A DNA stretch of 64,000 nt from an uncultured Gammaproteobacteria bacterium (GCA_964447765.1 CAYUTO010000004.1:22561-86560), one strand, 5' to 3'. Shown: positions 20,536 to 32,130, numbered from the stretch's first letter. Notes: generated from the sequence alone by a model not told the origin. Made by a program: numbers and translations.

Positions 20536-21381
20536 TTACTTTTTCTTCTTTGAACCCCTTCTCGATACAATAAACTTATCACTTGCTTTCTTCAATCGAG
20601 TCTTCACACCACGGGCTGCTTTTCCCCATGGAGTTCGAGGTCCTCGTCTCTGTCCAATTGGAGAATGTCCTTCTCCTCCACCGTGTGGATGGTCAACCGG
20701 GTTCATATTTTTACCAATAACGGTTGGTCGGATTCCACGAAAACGCATACGTCCAGCTTTTCCCCAGCGAATCAGCTTGTAATCTGCATTTCCCAATTGT
20801 CCTACAGACGCAATACATTCTTTTTTAACCAATCGAACTTCAGAAGATGGCATTTTCAGCTGTGCATATTTTCCTTCAATAACCATGAGTTGTACTCCAA
20901 TACCTGCTCCACGTCCGAGTTGTCCACCTTTTCCTGGTTCCAATTCTACGTTATAGACAAACATTCCGGCAGGGATATGTTCAAGAGGCATTCGATTTCC
21001 AATTTTTGGTTCAAGTTTTTCTTTTGAAGAAACAATAACATCTCCGACTTTGATTCCTTCGTATCCAAGAACATATGACTTCTTTCCACCTGCATATTCA
21101 ATGAGAGCAACGCGTGGTCCACGGTTTGGATCGTACTCAATTGCAATAACAGTCGCTGGTATATCAAACACCTGTTGTTTGAAATCAACCATTCGATAAT
21201 ATCTCTTTACTCCACCACCCTGATGTCGTACGGTAATTTTTCCCGTATTGTTTCGACCAGAATGTTTTTTCAATGGAATAATCAATGATTTTTCTGGATT
21301 ATGCTTAGTGATATCAGAAAAATCCTGAACACTTGAGTTCCGTCGCCCTGCACTGGTTGGTTTATGGATTTTGATTGGCAT
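20536..21381 (-). CDS. rplB: 50S ribosomal protein L2
   Basis: GRNNTGKITVRHQGGG, MNPVDHPHGGGEG. Confidence 0.98.
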   Translation of the reverse strand: MPIKIHKPTSAGRRNSSVQDFSDITKHNPEKSLIIPLKKHSGRNNTGKITVRHQGGGVKRYYRMVDFKQQVFDIPATVIAIEYDPNRGPRVALIEYAGGKKSYVLGYEGIKVGDVIVSSKEKLEPKIGNRMPLEHIPAGMFVYNVELEPGKGGQLGRGAGIGVQLMVIEGKYAQLKMPSSEVRLVKKECIASVGQLGNADYKLIRWGKAGRMRFRGIRPTVIGKNMNPVDHPHGGGEGHSPIGQRRGPRTPWGKAARGVKTRLKKASDKFIVSRRGSKKKK

Positions 21382-21414
21382 ACGTAATGGATTCTTCTAA
21401 AAAATTGTTTAGGT

Positions 21415-21822
21415 TTATACCCCTTCGTGTATACGGATAGAGTCTCCTTCTTTGAGAATAACGACTGCTTTCTTATAACCTGCTCGTCTTCCGTTGAAAG
21501 TTCCGAATCGTACGCTCTTTCCTTCTACTCTACTCGTACGAATTTTATATGGAGCCACACCATAGACTTGTGTCACTGCGCGTCTAATGTCTGCTTTGGT
21601 AGCACGTGTACTTACGATAAAACTATATGAACGACGTGATTCAAGAAGTGCAGCTTTCTCACTCGTAATTGGTCGGATGAGAACTCGGAATGCTGCCCCA
21701 GTCTGCTTTCCACCTGCTGCGCTTACAGCCTTTGATTCAGCTTTTTTAGCACGTGCTTTTGGAGCACTTTTCACTTCAGAAGCCTCTGCAGGTTTTTTTG
21801 AAAATTTGTTAAGCAAACTCAT
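21415..21822 (-). CDS. rplW: 50S ribosomal protein L23 with N-terminal extension
   Basis: RPITSEKA, YKKAVV.L. Confidence 0.95.
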   Translation of the reverse strand: MSLLNKFSKKPAEASEVKSAPKARAKKAESKAVSAAGGKQTGAAFRVLIRPITSEKAALLESRRSYSFIVSTRATKADIRRAVTQVYGVAPYKIRTSRVEGKSVRFGTFNGRRAGYKKAVVILKEGDSIRIHEGV

Positions 21823-21826
21823 ATAA

Positions 21827-22456
21827 TTATTTTACAAATCGTTTTTCAAGTACTGATACAGCATCCTTTGATGCAATGACATACTGATGATGCATTAAAT
21901 CAATCACACTCACGTCCTGTGCGCGAACAACATCAAGATTATGAACGTTGCGTGTAGCATTAGTCAATTCAGGAGTAAACTCTGACACCAAAAGCATCGT
22001 AGTTCTTCCACTTCCTGGAAGTACACTTCGGAATTGTGAAGCAGTCTGAGATTTACCTTTGAAGTCGTATGCTTCAACCACGATCAATCGATCATTCTGA
22101 ACTTTATCTGAAAGACATGATTTTACTGCACCTGCTTTCATTTTTTTATTGATTTTTTGTGTATAACTTCGTTCACTCAAAGGTCCAAAAGTGATACCTC
22201 CACCTCTCCACAAAGGAGATCGGATAGAACCGTGTCTCGCACGTCCAGTACCTTTTTGCTTCCATGGTTTTTTTCCACCACCACGAACATCTCCTCGCAT
22301 CTTGGTATGTGCAAAAGGCTGACGAGCATTAGCGCGCATTGCGACATATACCTGATGAATCAGAGATGAGTTTGAAGCTACTCCAAACACAGCTTCATTC
22401 ACCTGAAGTTCAGATTGTTTTTCTCCTGATTGGTTGTATACAGCTACCTTAGTCAT
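21827..22456 (-). CDS. rplD: 50S ribosomal protein L4
   Basis: GGGKKPWKQKGTGRARHGSIRSP. Confidence 0.98.
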   Translation of the reverse strand: MTKVAVYNQSGEKQSELQVNEAVFGVASNSSLIHQVYVAMRANARQPFAHTKMRGDVRGGGKKPWKQKGTGRARHGSIRSPLWRGGGITFGPLSERSYTQKINKKMKAGAVKSCLSDKVQNDRLIVVEAYDFKGKSQTASQFRSVLPGSGRTTMLLVSEFTPELTNATRNVHNLDVVRAQDVSVIDLMHHQYVIASKDAVSVLEKRFVK

Positions 22457-22480
22457 ACAATTATAAATGGCTCTAAAAAA

Positions 22481-23191
22481 TTATGCCGTAACTGTCTCTC
22501 CGGCTGACGTATCAGCTACTGGTTCGAGAACTGGTGCTTCCACTACTGACTCTTTGATTTCTTCAATAGTAATACTTCCGTCATTCGTAGAAATATAGAG
22601 GAGTCCATTTCGTGCTCCAGGAACCGCTCCTTTAATGAAGAGTTCATGTGCCTCAGGATGTACTTCAACCACTTCCAAATTTTTGACAGTTACCTGATCA
22701 GCTCCCATATGTCCTCCCATGCGCATGTTCTTGAAGACTCTCTGTACACCACCAGCTCCAATACTTCCAGGCATACGAAGGTTGTCTTTGTGTCCATGAC
22801 TTGCAGGACCTCCGGCAAATCCATGGCGTTTTACTACACCTTGGAAACCTTTTCCTTTTGACATACCAGTAACCTGCACTTTCTCGCCTGCAGCAAAAAT
22901 ACTTGCATTGAATTGATCACCTTTCTTAAGATTCTCTGATTCAGCTCTAAAATCCTTGAGGAATCGAACAGTTGCCTGTGGATCATTGTGTGCAGAAATT
23001 CCTTTGAGGTGACCTTTTTCAGATTTGCTCAAGCGGAATAATTTTTGACTTCCAAAGCCAATCTGAACTGCGCCTGGTTTTACCTGGGTTACTACACATG
23101 GACCTGCCTGAACACGAGTAACAGGAACTACCGTTCCATCAGCTCGAAACACCTGTGTCATTCCAATTTTTTTACCAATGATGAATTTCAT
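22481..23191 (-). CDS. rplC: 50S ribosomal protein L3
   Basis: GKKIGMTQ, SKGKGFQGVVKRH, KGAVPG. Confidence 0.98.
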   Translation of the reverse strand: MKFIIGKKIGMTQVFRADGTVVPVTRVQAGPCVVTQVKPGAVQIGFGSQKLFRLSKSEKGHLKGISAHNDPQATVRFLKDFRAESENLKKGDQFNASIFAAGEKVQVTGMSKGKGFQGVVKRHGFAGGPASHGHKDNLRMPGSIGAGGVQRVFKNMRMGGHMGADQVTVKNLEVVEVHPEAHELFIKGAVPGARNGLLYISTNDGSITIEEIKESVVEAPVLEPVADTSAGETVTA

Positions 23192-23445
23192 ACCAGTTGT
23201 TGATTTTGTGAAAACTTCCTAGTTATTTCTATTAAAAAACTAGAAGTAGCGGCGCCACCTAATACACATGTGTATAAGTGACAATGCTGCTTCTAGCCTC
23301 TAAAAACCATAGTACCTATGGAGTTATCTAAGGCGTTGTAGTGAATATGTAATGAATACTAACCTCATGTATACATCTTGTCTCGGTCCAGATGTTTTCC
23401 TTTTATATGGATCTTATCTGTGCAAAACCAATGTATGTGGGCTCT

Positions 23446-23474
23446 AGTGTAACCTATCTTTATACATCTGTCAA
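23446..23474 (-). promoter_or_regulatory. sigma70-type promoter for the rplC operon
   Basis: TTGACA-17bp-TACACT on the minus strand. Confidence 0.7.
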
Positions 23475-23565
23475 GGGCTACTTCGAGCCGTAAAATACGT
23501 AATTTTTTTGTGAATGTTGACCTCTCGTTTACAGTCCCTAGAAAAGGGTAATTACACCCTTATAG

Positions 23566-23910
23566 TTACATCATTTTGATCTCCACATCAACTCCACTTG
23601 GCAAATTAAGGTTCATGAGAGCATCAATTGCCTTAGGACTTGGAGAATGGATATCAAGCAAACGTTTGTGCGTGCGCATTTCAAACTGTTCTTGTGCAGT
23701 CTTGTGCACAAATGTTGCACGGTTCACACTATACTTCTGAATGTGCGTTGGAAGTGGAACTGGACCTACTACTTTAGCGCCATTGCGCTCTGCAGTATCA
23801 ATAATAGTCTTTGTAGCACCATCAATGATCTTATGATCATACGCTTTAATTTTTACTCGAACGCGTGGACCGACTTCTTCTGTTTTTTTTACGGGTGTTG
23901 GAGTGACCAT
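23566..23910 (-). CDS. rpsJ: 30S ribosomal protein S10
   Basis: [24 protein letters not shown]. Confidence 0.98.
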   Translation of the reverse strand: MVTPTPVKKTEEVGPRVRVKIKAYDHKIIDGATKTIIDTAERNGAKVVGPVPLPTHIQKYSVNRATFVHKTAQEQFEMRTHKRLLDIHSPSPKAIDALMNLNLPSGVDVEIKMM

Positions 23911-23934
23911 ATAAATGAGCTAATAAAAAGGGCA

Positions 23935-23962
23935 ACCCAGCCCTCCGATCGGAGGGCTGGGT
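23935..23962 (-). terminator. Perfect 12-bp hairpin between tuf and rpsJ (terminator/attenuator)
   Basis: ACCCAGCCCTCC-GATC-GGAGGGCTGGGT. Confidence 0.55.
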
Positions 23963-23971
23963 ATATTAAAG

Positions 23972-25162
23972 TTAGACAAGAATCTTAGTTACAACTCCTG
24001 CTCCTACAGTTCGTCCACCTTCGCGGATAGCAAATCGCATTTGCTCTTCGATAGCTACAGGAACAATAAGTTTGATTTTAACATTAACCGTATCTCCAGG
24101 CATTACCATTTCAGTTCCCTCAGGAAGGGTTACTTCTCCAGTAACGTCAGTAGTTCGGATATAGAACTGAGGTTTGTATCCATTGAAGAAAGGTTTGTGT
24201 CGTCCACCTTCTTCTTTGGTAAGTGCATATACTTCAGCTTCTACTTCAGTATGAGGTTTGATAGTACCAATCTTTGCAAGTACCATTCCGCGCTCTACTT
24301 CTTCTTTCTTGGTACCACGAAGAAGGATACCAGCGTTGTCTCCAGCCTGCCCTTGTCCCAATGATTTGTTGAACATTTCAACTCCAGTTACGGTAGTCTT
24401 CATAGGTTCAGCGCGCATACCAACAATTTCGATTTCGTCACCGATTTTGATGATACCACGTTCAATACGACCAGTAACTACAGTTCCACGTCCTTCAATT
24501 GAGAACACATCTTCTACGGGCATGAAGAAATTCTTATCAAGATCACGAATTGGATCTGGAATATAATCATCAAGAGTCTTCAAGAGATCAAGAATTGGCT
24601 TAGCTGCTTCAGGATCATTTGGGTTCTCAAGCGCTTTGAGTGATGAACCACGAACAATTGGAGTAGTGTCTCCAGGGAAATTGTATTTCTTCAAAAGATC
24701 ACGAACTTCCTCTTCAACGAGGTCGATAAGTTCAGGATCACTTACCTGATCAACTTTGTTGAGATATACCACGATATAAGGTACACCTACTTGTCTTGCA
24801 AGCAAGATGTGCTCACGTGTCTGAGGCATCGGACCGTCTGCTGCTGAAACTACGAGAATAGCTCCATCCATCTGAGCCGCACCAGTGATCATGTTTTTAA
24901 CATAATCAGCGTGACCTGGACAATCTACGTGTGCATAGTGTCGTTTTTCAGTTTCGTATTCTACGTGTGCAGTAGCAATCGTGATCCCACGAGCTTTTTC
25001 TTCAGGAGCTGCATCGATTTCATCAACACCTTTTGATTGAGCTGTCAAACCATGAGCTGCGGCAACCTTAAGGATTGCAGCGGTCGTAGTAGTCTTACCG
25101 TGGTCAACGTGACCAATGGTTCCCACATTCACATGCGGTTTGTTTCTTAGAAATTCTGCCAT
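23972..25162 (-). CDS. tuf: Elongation factor Tu
   Basis: [34 protein letters not shown]. Confidence 0.99.
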   Translation of the reverse strand: MAEFLRNKPHVNVGTIGHVDHGKTTTTAAILKVAAAHGLTAQSKGVDEIDAAPEEKARGITIATAHVEYETEKRHYAHVDCPGHADYVKNMITGAAQMDGAILVVSAADGPMPQTREHILLARQVGVPYIVVYLNKVDQVSDPELIDLVEEEVRDLLKKYNFPGDTTPIVRGSSLKALENPNDPEAAKPILDLLKTLDDYIPDPIRDLDKNFFMPVEDVFSIEGRGTVVTGRIERGIIKIGDEIEIVGMRAEPMKTTVTGVEMFNKSLGQGQAGDNAGILLRGTKKEEVERGMVLAKIGTIKPHTEVEAEVYALTKEEGGRHKPFFNGYKPQFYIRTTDVTGEVTLPEGTEMVMPGDTVNVKIKLIVPVAIEEQMRFAIREGGRTVGAGVVTKILV

Positions 25163-25269
25163 ATATTACTATGGTGTTCCCCGCACTACTTCTGAGTGGT
25201 CAGAGTAGATTTGTATCCAGCGGTTATTATGATAAATATATAAAAAAGTTGCTTCGATTTGCGAGGGTG

Positions 25270-25298
25270 ATTATACGTCAAGTCGTAAAATTCGTCAA
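25270..25298 (-). promoter_or_regulatory. sigma70-type promoter for tuf
   Basis: TTGACG-17bp-TATAAT. Confidence 0.75.
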
Positions 25299-25347
25299 GA
25301 GGGCGTACCTGGGGATTACCTGGGGAAAAATAGACCAACTACTAAAC

Positions 25348-25977
25348 TTACGAAGCAGGCTCTTCAAAGAACACCACCTCATCATCCTCCCCATCAAGAC
25401 CTGGTTCATTTTCAAGCAATGGCTGAGCACTAATTTCTTCAGGAGATACAGACGAAAAATTAGAAGTAAAAGATGGTTTCGTAAAGCCAACAGTGGGCGC
25501 AAGTGGCTGTTCCGGCACCGGAACATACGTATGTATCGGCTCACTAGCATCGTCTTCTTCTGGTAAATCTGTAGGAGTATCTTGTTTTACCAGAGCACTT
25601 CTCCTGTCAGTAATGAGATCACTCACTCGATGCCAATCAGTGTGATGAGCATAATCCTCTTCAAATGGATCAGACAATGGTTCATCTACAAGCTGATCTT
25701 CGATAAGCGCGGCCTGCTTGTCTTGGGAATTTAACTCTTGATAGGATCTCCAGATCGCAATATCACGATTAATCTTATCAATCAATTCTCGCTCTGACAT
25801 CTCCTCAAGTAAATATTCATCAAAGTCACTATGAGAAACCTTATCAGAAGCCCTAAATTCTTCGTACTGATCAAAGGGTAATACAACCAAATCATGAGCT
25901 TCGGTTGGGTCATGTATAATAACGGTATCCCCTGTTTTTTTGGAAAGCGAAAGTATCCGGTTGAGTCTATCAATCAT
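25348..25977 (-). CDS. Hypothetical acidic protein with a Phd/YefM-like N-terminus
   Basis: 209 aa; KKTGDTVII...LVVLPFDQYEE pattern, acidic disordered tail. Confidence 0.7.
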   Translation of the reverse strand: MIDRLNRILSLSKKTGDTVIIHDPTEAHDLVVLPFDQYEEFRASDKVSHSDFDEYLLEEMSERELIDKINRDIAIWRSYQELNSQDKQAALIEDQLVDEPLSDPFEEDYAHHTDWHRVSDLITDRRSALVKQDTPTDLPEEDDASEPIHTYVPVPEQPLAPTVGFTKPSFTSNFSSVSPEEISAQPLLENEPGLDGEDDEVVFFEEPAS

Positions 25978-26063
25978 AGGATATATTAATAATAAATGGG
26001 GAGGGATATATGGTGATTATACCTATAGAAAAGTCAGAGTGTCAAACAGGGTATTTTTCAAAA

Positions 26064-26137
26064 AATTAACAATGAGCAGCTAACAATTAACAAATGTAAA
26101 TTTTTACTAATTATTTATTGTTAATTGCTATTTGGTA
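26064..26137. repeat. 7-bp-period tandem inverted repeat (AATTAAC)n...(TTGTTAA)n
   Basis: Degenerate heptamer arms. Confidence 0.6.
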
Positions 26138-26160
26138 GTGGTATTTATCCACCAAAATTA

Positions 26161-26189
26161 TTGACGGGTGTACAAATAAATTATACAAT
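26161..26189 (+). promoter_or_regulatory. sigma70-type promoter
   Basis: TTGACG-17bp-TACAAT. Confidence 0.7.
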
Positions 26190-26364
26190 GATCGTCTGTT
26201 CTTTTTTTGGTAAGAGATGTACTGCATGGAAAACTAGTCCGATGAGGAGCAAGTGCTGGTGAATTATTCACCACCCTTTCTCCTGACCGGACTTCTCTGT
26301 CCACCAGGTAGATCGCGAGTGCGATCTAGCGTCTTTTACCGTCACAACAAGGAGTATATCAGCC

Positions 26365-26613
26365 ATGCTGAACACCACCGAACAACGAATCCGTGCCCAC
26401 ATCACCGTTCGCGAGGAGAATATCCGTAAGACGCAGCCGAAGATAAGAGCTGTACCCATGGAGCCCGCAGACGAGATGTCTCCGACCAACAAGCAGGAAG
26501 AGGTGTCCGCATCGACGAAGCCCAACTCCCCGAAAAGGAACAAGTACATACTCATGTACATTCTACTCACCGTGGGAGCTGGTGTCGCAGTAGGTCTTCT
26601 GTTCATGCGCTGA
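26365..26613 (+). CDS. Small orphan protein with C-terminal transmembrane helix
   Basis: AAGGAG SD upstream, own promoter, strong GC hairpin downstream, hydrophobic C-terminus. Confidence 0.6.
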   Translation: MLNTTEQRIRAHITVREENIRKTQPKIRAVPMEPADEMSPTNKQEEVSASTKPNSPKRNKYILMYILLTVGAGVAVGLLFMR

Positions 26614-26796
26614 GCTTCGTCCGATCTTAGGCCCCCTTTCCTTCGGGAAGGGGGCCTCTCGGACGAAAAAAACAAACACAAAAAGAAAACGCGTAACTGC
26701 GTTTTTTTGTTTATCAAATTAACGAACAATAAGTGTATACAAAATAATGTTAATTATCTGAATTTTAAATTATAAAATTTCTAAATTTCGAACAAT

Positions 26797-26915
26797 GGGG
26801 GTTCGGGGGTCAAAACTGTTCGAGCTCCGAGTGAAGAATAGATAGTGATACTTAGTGAGGCGAGTTTTTTGACCCCCGAAACTTTTTGTAAAACTTTTTA
26901 GTTATAAAAAGTTTT
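26797..26915. repeat. Palindromic MITE/REP-like element
   Basis: 14-bp IR TTCGGGGGTCAAAA/TTTTGACCCCCGAA plus AAAACTTTTT/AAAAAGTTTT hairpin. Confidence 0.55.
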
Positions 26916-26941
26916 AGATAATGTATTTAAAAAAATAAAAC

Positions 26942-26964
26942 AAAAACCGCCCGATTAAGGGCGG
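26942..26964 (-). terminator. Intrinsic terminator downstream of 16S rRNA
   Basis: CCGCCC-6nt-GGGCGG followed by TTTTT on the minus strand. Confidence 0.7.
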
Positions 26965-27106
26965 CTTGTTATTGAAGATGATTCACTTAATACATGTGGC
27001 AAAAACACGATTGAACGTTTTCTTATACTTAGAACTGGCCAGATCATACTCTTGCGAGTGTAATACTGACTTTGGATATATTCTAACTTTCATTAGAATT
27101 GACTCC

Positions 27107-28612
<1,506 letters not shown>

Positions 28613-28845
28613 TTGAGTGATTTTCTCCGAAGAGAAAATTAGTGTTTGATTGTAATCAACATATTTACTCAAAAATATGTGTGATTCTCATATACTAGAT
28701 TAAGCATATGAGTTAGCTCTAAGAAAATAGACGATCAATCGGTTTTTGCCACGTGTATTACGTGAACTTATTGCGCATCCTCCGTAGAGCCTGGCGCAAC
28801 ACCGTATTAATCATTTTTGCTGTATTGTTGTTTCACATCTTCAAA

Positions 28846-28856
28846 TTGTAAAGATC
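28846..28856 (-). promoter_or_regulatory. boxA-like antitermination site in rRNA leader
   Basis: GATCTTTACAA upstream of the processing stem. Confidence 0.5.
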
Positions 28857-29041
28857 GTATCCTTTTTTTTCTTCGCTAAAAGAAAAAAGAGAAACTCTGT
28901 TGCTTTTCCAATAATGTGAATTAGGGGAAAAGCAAATATAGTCGCTCTTTTCTTAGTATCTCGGTCCAGTGACATGCTCGCCTAAGTTAAGGCTAGTAGA
29001 CTTGAGAAAAGGATAAGTTATAAATATCAGATAGCTCGCAT

Positions 29042-29070
29042 ATAGTATAAAACTCTAAGACATCTGTCAA
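29042..29070 (-). promoter_or_regulatory. rRNA promoter
   Basis: TTGACA-17bp-TACTAT. Confidence 0.7.
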
Positions 29071-29120
29071 GTACCATGACAAGTCCCAATTGTTCACATA
29101 TTGGGGATAAGTCTGGAATA

Positions 29121-29219
29121 GTCAAAAAGTCGAAAGCTAAAAGTCGAAAGTCGAGAGAGAAAAAACCTACATTACAACAAGACTTTATGGACTTTTGACT
29201 TTAAGACTTTATAGACTTT
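29121..29219. repeat. 7-9-bp-period tandem inverted repeat (AAAGTC)n...(GACTTT)n overlapping the trmD stop
   Basis: Seen directly; reverse-orientation relative of 38954-39053. Confidence 0.75.
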
Positions 29220-29947
29220 CCTTTCCTCCATTCAGCGATTTTTTTATGATCCCCACTGAGAAGCACCTCGGGCACCTTCCACCCCTTAAAATCAACTGGT
29301 TTCGTATACTGTGGATACTCAACCTCAATTTCTCCCTCTCCTATACCACCTTTTTCCTTTTGCGTTTTGACATTATTAAACGTTTCATCAGTAAGAGATT
29401 CCGCATTACCTAAAACTCCTGGCACCAGTCGCGACACCGCCTCAACAATTGCTAAAGCTCCCAATTCACCACCCGCCAAAACATATGGACCAATAGAGAT
29501 TTCCTCATCAATCATATGATCTACTACGCGCTGGTCCACGCCTTCATACCGACCACAAATCAAAATAAGTTCATCAAGCTTTGCCCATGATGTGGCAGTT
29601 GATTGATCGAACTGTCTTCCACGTGGAGAAAGCAATACCGTACGTTTTTTCTGCCCAACAGTTCCCGTGGCCAGACGTTTTAATTTGGTAAGTCCAGGAG
29701 CTTTTTTGAAAGGCAATCCGTCAATTGACATAAGCGCCTCATAAATCGGATCAGGTTTCATAAGCATTCCCGCTCCCCCACCACAGAGAGTATCATCCAC
29801 CGTCTTATGTTTGTCATGCGTAAAATCACGAATATACAAAGCCCGAACGTCAATCAATTTCTTTTTTTGCGCACGACCAAGAATCGTCTCATTAGCATAT
29901 GACGTAATAATTTTTGGAAAAAGCGTGAGGACTGAAAATCGAATCAT
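29201..29947 (-). CDS. trmD: tRNA (guanine37-N1)-methyltransferase
   Basis: LTLFP, VDD..GGGAGM, CGRYEGVDQR, SIGPYVLAGGE, VPEVLLSGDH. Confidence 0.97.
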   Translation of the reverse strand: MIRFSVLTLFPKIITSYANETILGRAQKKKLIDVRALYIRDFTHDKHKTVDDTLCGGGAGMLMKPDPIYEALMSIDGLPFKKAPGLTKLKRLATGTVGQKKRTVLLSPRGRQFDQSTATSWAKLDELILICGRYEGVDQRVVDHMIDEEISIGPYVLAGGELGALAIVEAVSRLVPGVLGNAESLTDETFNNVKTQKEKGGIGEGEIEVEYPQYTKPVDFKGWKVPEVLLSGDHKKIAEWRKGKSIKS

Positions 29948-30059
29948 AATGTTTTATAGTATACCAGGAACCAGCCTATTAAAAAATCCTCGCAACGAGG
30001 AATTCAGTCGTCCGCACCCATCAACCACACGAAGTGGAGATGGACGCGGACGTCGATAG

Positions 30060-30497
30060 TCAGCTCATCGGAATGACGTCGATATCACCGAAAAGCGACT
30101 TGATCTCCTCGGGCGTGCCAAAGAGTTTTTTGTCCTCATCCGACAGGTAGACCCGCAGATACCCGGAACGCTGTAGAATCGCGTCGTGTACCAAGTAGAA
30201 CACCACCACCTCGTAGAATCGATCCACGATCTGATTGTGGATCTGCCCGATCAGGAGCATGGCACGAGGCTTCTCCTCATAGTACGCAATACTGCGCACG
30301 TACAGAGGGAGTTTATCAGGGAAGACACCTCGCCCGTCGACGTAGAGCGGGGCAGGCTGACGATCCGACGGATCGTAGTAACTGCGATTGGACGCGTACA
30401 CATCCCAGATATTTGGGTTGTGCTCACTCGTAACGATCGGAAGGGTGATAAAATCTTTCCCTTCCTCACCAACAGACACCGTAAACGTAGCTTCCAT
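30060..30497 (-). CDS. Orphan hypothetical protein (145 aa)
   Basis: GAGAGG SD before ATG 30497, TTGACA upstream, GC-rich coding style. Confidence 0.6.
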   Translation of the reverse strand: MEATFTVSVGEEGKDFITLPIVTSEHNPNIWDVYASNRSYYDPSDRQPAPLYVDGRGVFPDKLPLYVRSIAYYEEKPRAMLLIGQIHNQIVDRFYEVVVFYLVHDAILQRSGYLRVYLSDEDKKLFGTPEEIKSLFGDIDVIPMS

Positions 30498-30683
30498 GAC
30501 GATCCTCTCACGGCTTGGTAAAAACACGATGCTGGCACCGTAAACCAGACAAGAAAAAATATCATATACGATAAAAAATGTCAATAATAAAATTCCTCTG
30601 TATTAAGGAATTTTGACTCTATCGCATCTGCCGAAGCCTAAAAGCCCCGACAGATGCGATCACCGATACAGAAATCACGATGC

Positions 30684-30977
30684 TCACCGATCCAGAACGA
30701 ATGTGTACGTCACCGCTCGCACCCAGAAATGAAGGAACTTCTCCGAAGGTTTGTAGTACCGATCGATCAAGACGATTCCGTCGTAATTGATAGTACCAAA
30801 CCATACCGTTGGTTCAAGCACCACCTCTTCCTGCGTACCACACTCAGGTTTCCAGTTGAGATAAAAATTACTACCCTGGAGACCCGCGAAAAAAACACGC
30901 CCCTTCCGTGTTCTTCCGTTTGAAAAATGCTCGGTAACCGAAACACCAACAAAATCAATATCACAGAGATCTTCCAT
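30684..30977 (-). CDS. Orphan hypothetical protein (97 aa)
   Basis: GAGGAGG SD before ATG. Confidence 0.55.
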   Translation of the reverse strand: MEDLCDIDFVGVSVTEHFSNGRTRKGRVFFAGLQGSNFYLNWKPECGTQEEVVLEPTVWFGTINYDGIVLIDRYYKPSEKFLHFWVRAVTYTFVLDR

Positions 30978-31102
30978 CCTAGACCCTCCTCAATCTATGT
31001 TGTTTCTGCATATATTTTTTACAATATTTTATATCCAAAGTCAATAAAAGTATTTTACAAATAAACATGCGTCTAGTATGATAAAAAAATAATAAAAATA
31101 CT

Positions 31103-31546
31103 ATGCCCGAACGACACACCATTATCCCCGCGTCATACCTCGTACTCAAAAAAGAAAACAGTGTACTTCTCACTCGTCGCTATAATACTGGCTTTGAAGA
31201 TGGAAACTATAGTATGATCGCAGGGCACGTCGACCAAGGTGAAACATTTACCGAAGGCATGATTCGTGAAGCACACGAAGAAGCTGGTATCACACTTTCA
31301 CCAAATGATATACAATTGGTACATATAATGCACCGAAAATCACATGTCAACGCTGAAGAAAGAATCGACGCATTTTTTCTTGCAAGTACCTGGTCAGGAA
31401 ATCTGGAAAATAAAGAACCACACAAATGTGATGATTTCTCATGGTGTGATATAAATAACTTACCAGAAAATACGATCCCCTACATCAAAGCTGCTGTGGA
31501 ATGCGTAAAACAAAATATACTGTATAGTGAATACGGCTGGAAATAA
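31103..31546 (+). CDS. NUDIX hydrolase
   Basis: AGHVDQGET...REAHEEAG Nudix box, NKEPHKC. Confidence 0.92.
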   Translation: MPERHTIIPASYLVLKKENSVLLTRRYNTGFEDGNYSMIAGHVDQGETFTEGMIREAHEEAGITLSPNDIQLVHIMHRKSHVNAEERIDAFFLASTWSGNLENKEPHKCDDFSWCDINNLPENTIPYIKAAVECVKQNILYSEYGWK

Positions 31547-31557
31547 AAAATATTAAT

Positions 31558-32130
31558 ATGAAAATCGCAATTGACATTGACGACGTACTCGCAAATTTTA
31601 TACCCACCCTCATCCAATTTCACAATACAGTTTATGGAACAAACTATAGACTTACCGACATTGACCGATATCATCTGTGGGAAATTTGGGGCGGTACCAG
31701 AGAAGAAGCAATTGACGAAGTATACACATTTTATAATACTCCCGAATTCAAAAATCTACCCGTAATCCACGGAGCACAAAATGGAATAGGGCAACTCAAA
31801 GAAAAACACAATCTCATAGCCATGACCGCACGTCCCGAAGAAATCAGAAATAAAACCGAAGAATGGATCAGCACGCACTTTCCCGGAATTTTTTCAGAAC
31901 TACACATCGCCAATCGATTTGCAAAATCAGGCCCATCTACTACCAAAGCAGAACTCTGTGAAAAACATGGAGTAGATATGTTGATAGATGACAATCTCGA
32001 GTACGCACTGGAATGCGTTACCTCACAAAGAAAAATTTTACTGTTCAACAATCCCTGGAACCAACATCCTGAATTACCCGTAGGTATCACTCGAGTGCAT
32101 TCATGGGAAGAAATACCAAAGCACATATAG
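31558..32130 (+). CDS. HAD-family 5'(3')-deoxyribonucleotidase-like phosphatase
   Basis: IAIDIDDVLA, TAR, K, LIDDN, PWN motifs. Confidence 0.88.
   Translation: MKIAIDIDDVLANFIPTLIQFHNTVYGTNYRLTDIDRYHLWEIWGGTREEAIDEVYTFYNTPEFKNLPVIHGAQNGIGQLKEKHNLIAMTARPEEIRNKTEEWISTHFPGIFSELHIANRFAKSGPSTTKAELCEKHGVDMLIDDNLEYALECVTSQRKILLFNNPWNQHPELPVGITRVHSWEEIPKHI

Noticed and set aside
25171-25566. 131-aa plus-strand ORF and other antisense ORFs in the track
   Set aside because: Overlap real genes or promoters on the opposite strand with no recognisable motifs
26236-26295. Hammerhead-like core (CCGATGAG)
   Set aside because: Lacks CUGAUGA and a correctly placed GAAA
30060-30977. Paralogy of the two orphans (IVDRFY vs LIDRYY)
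   Set aside because: Similarity limited to a few residues
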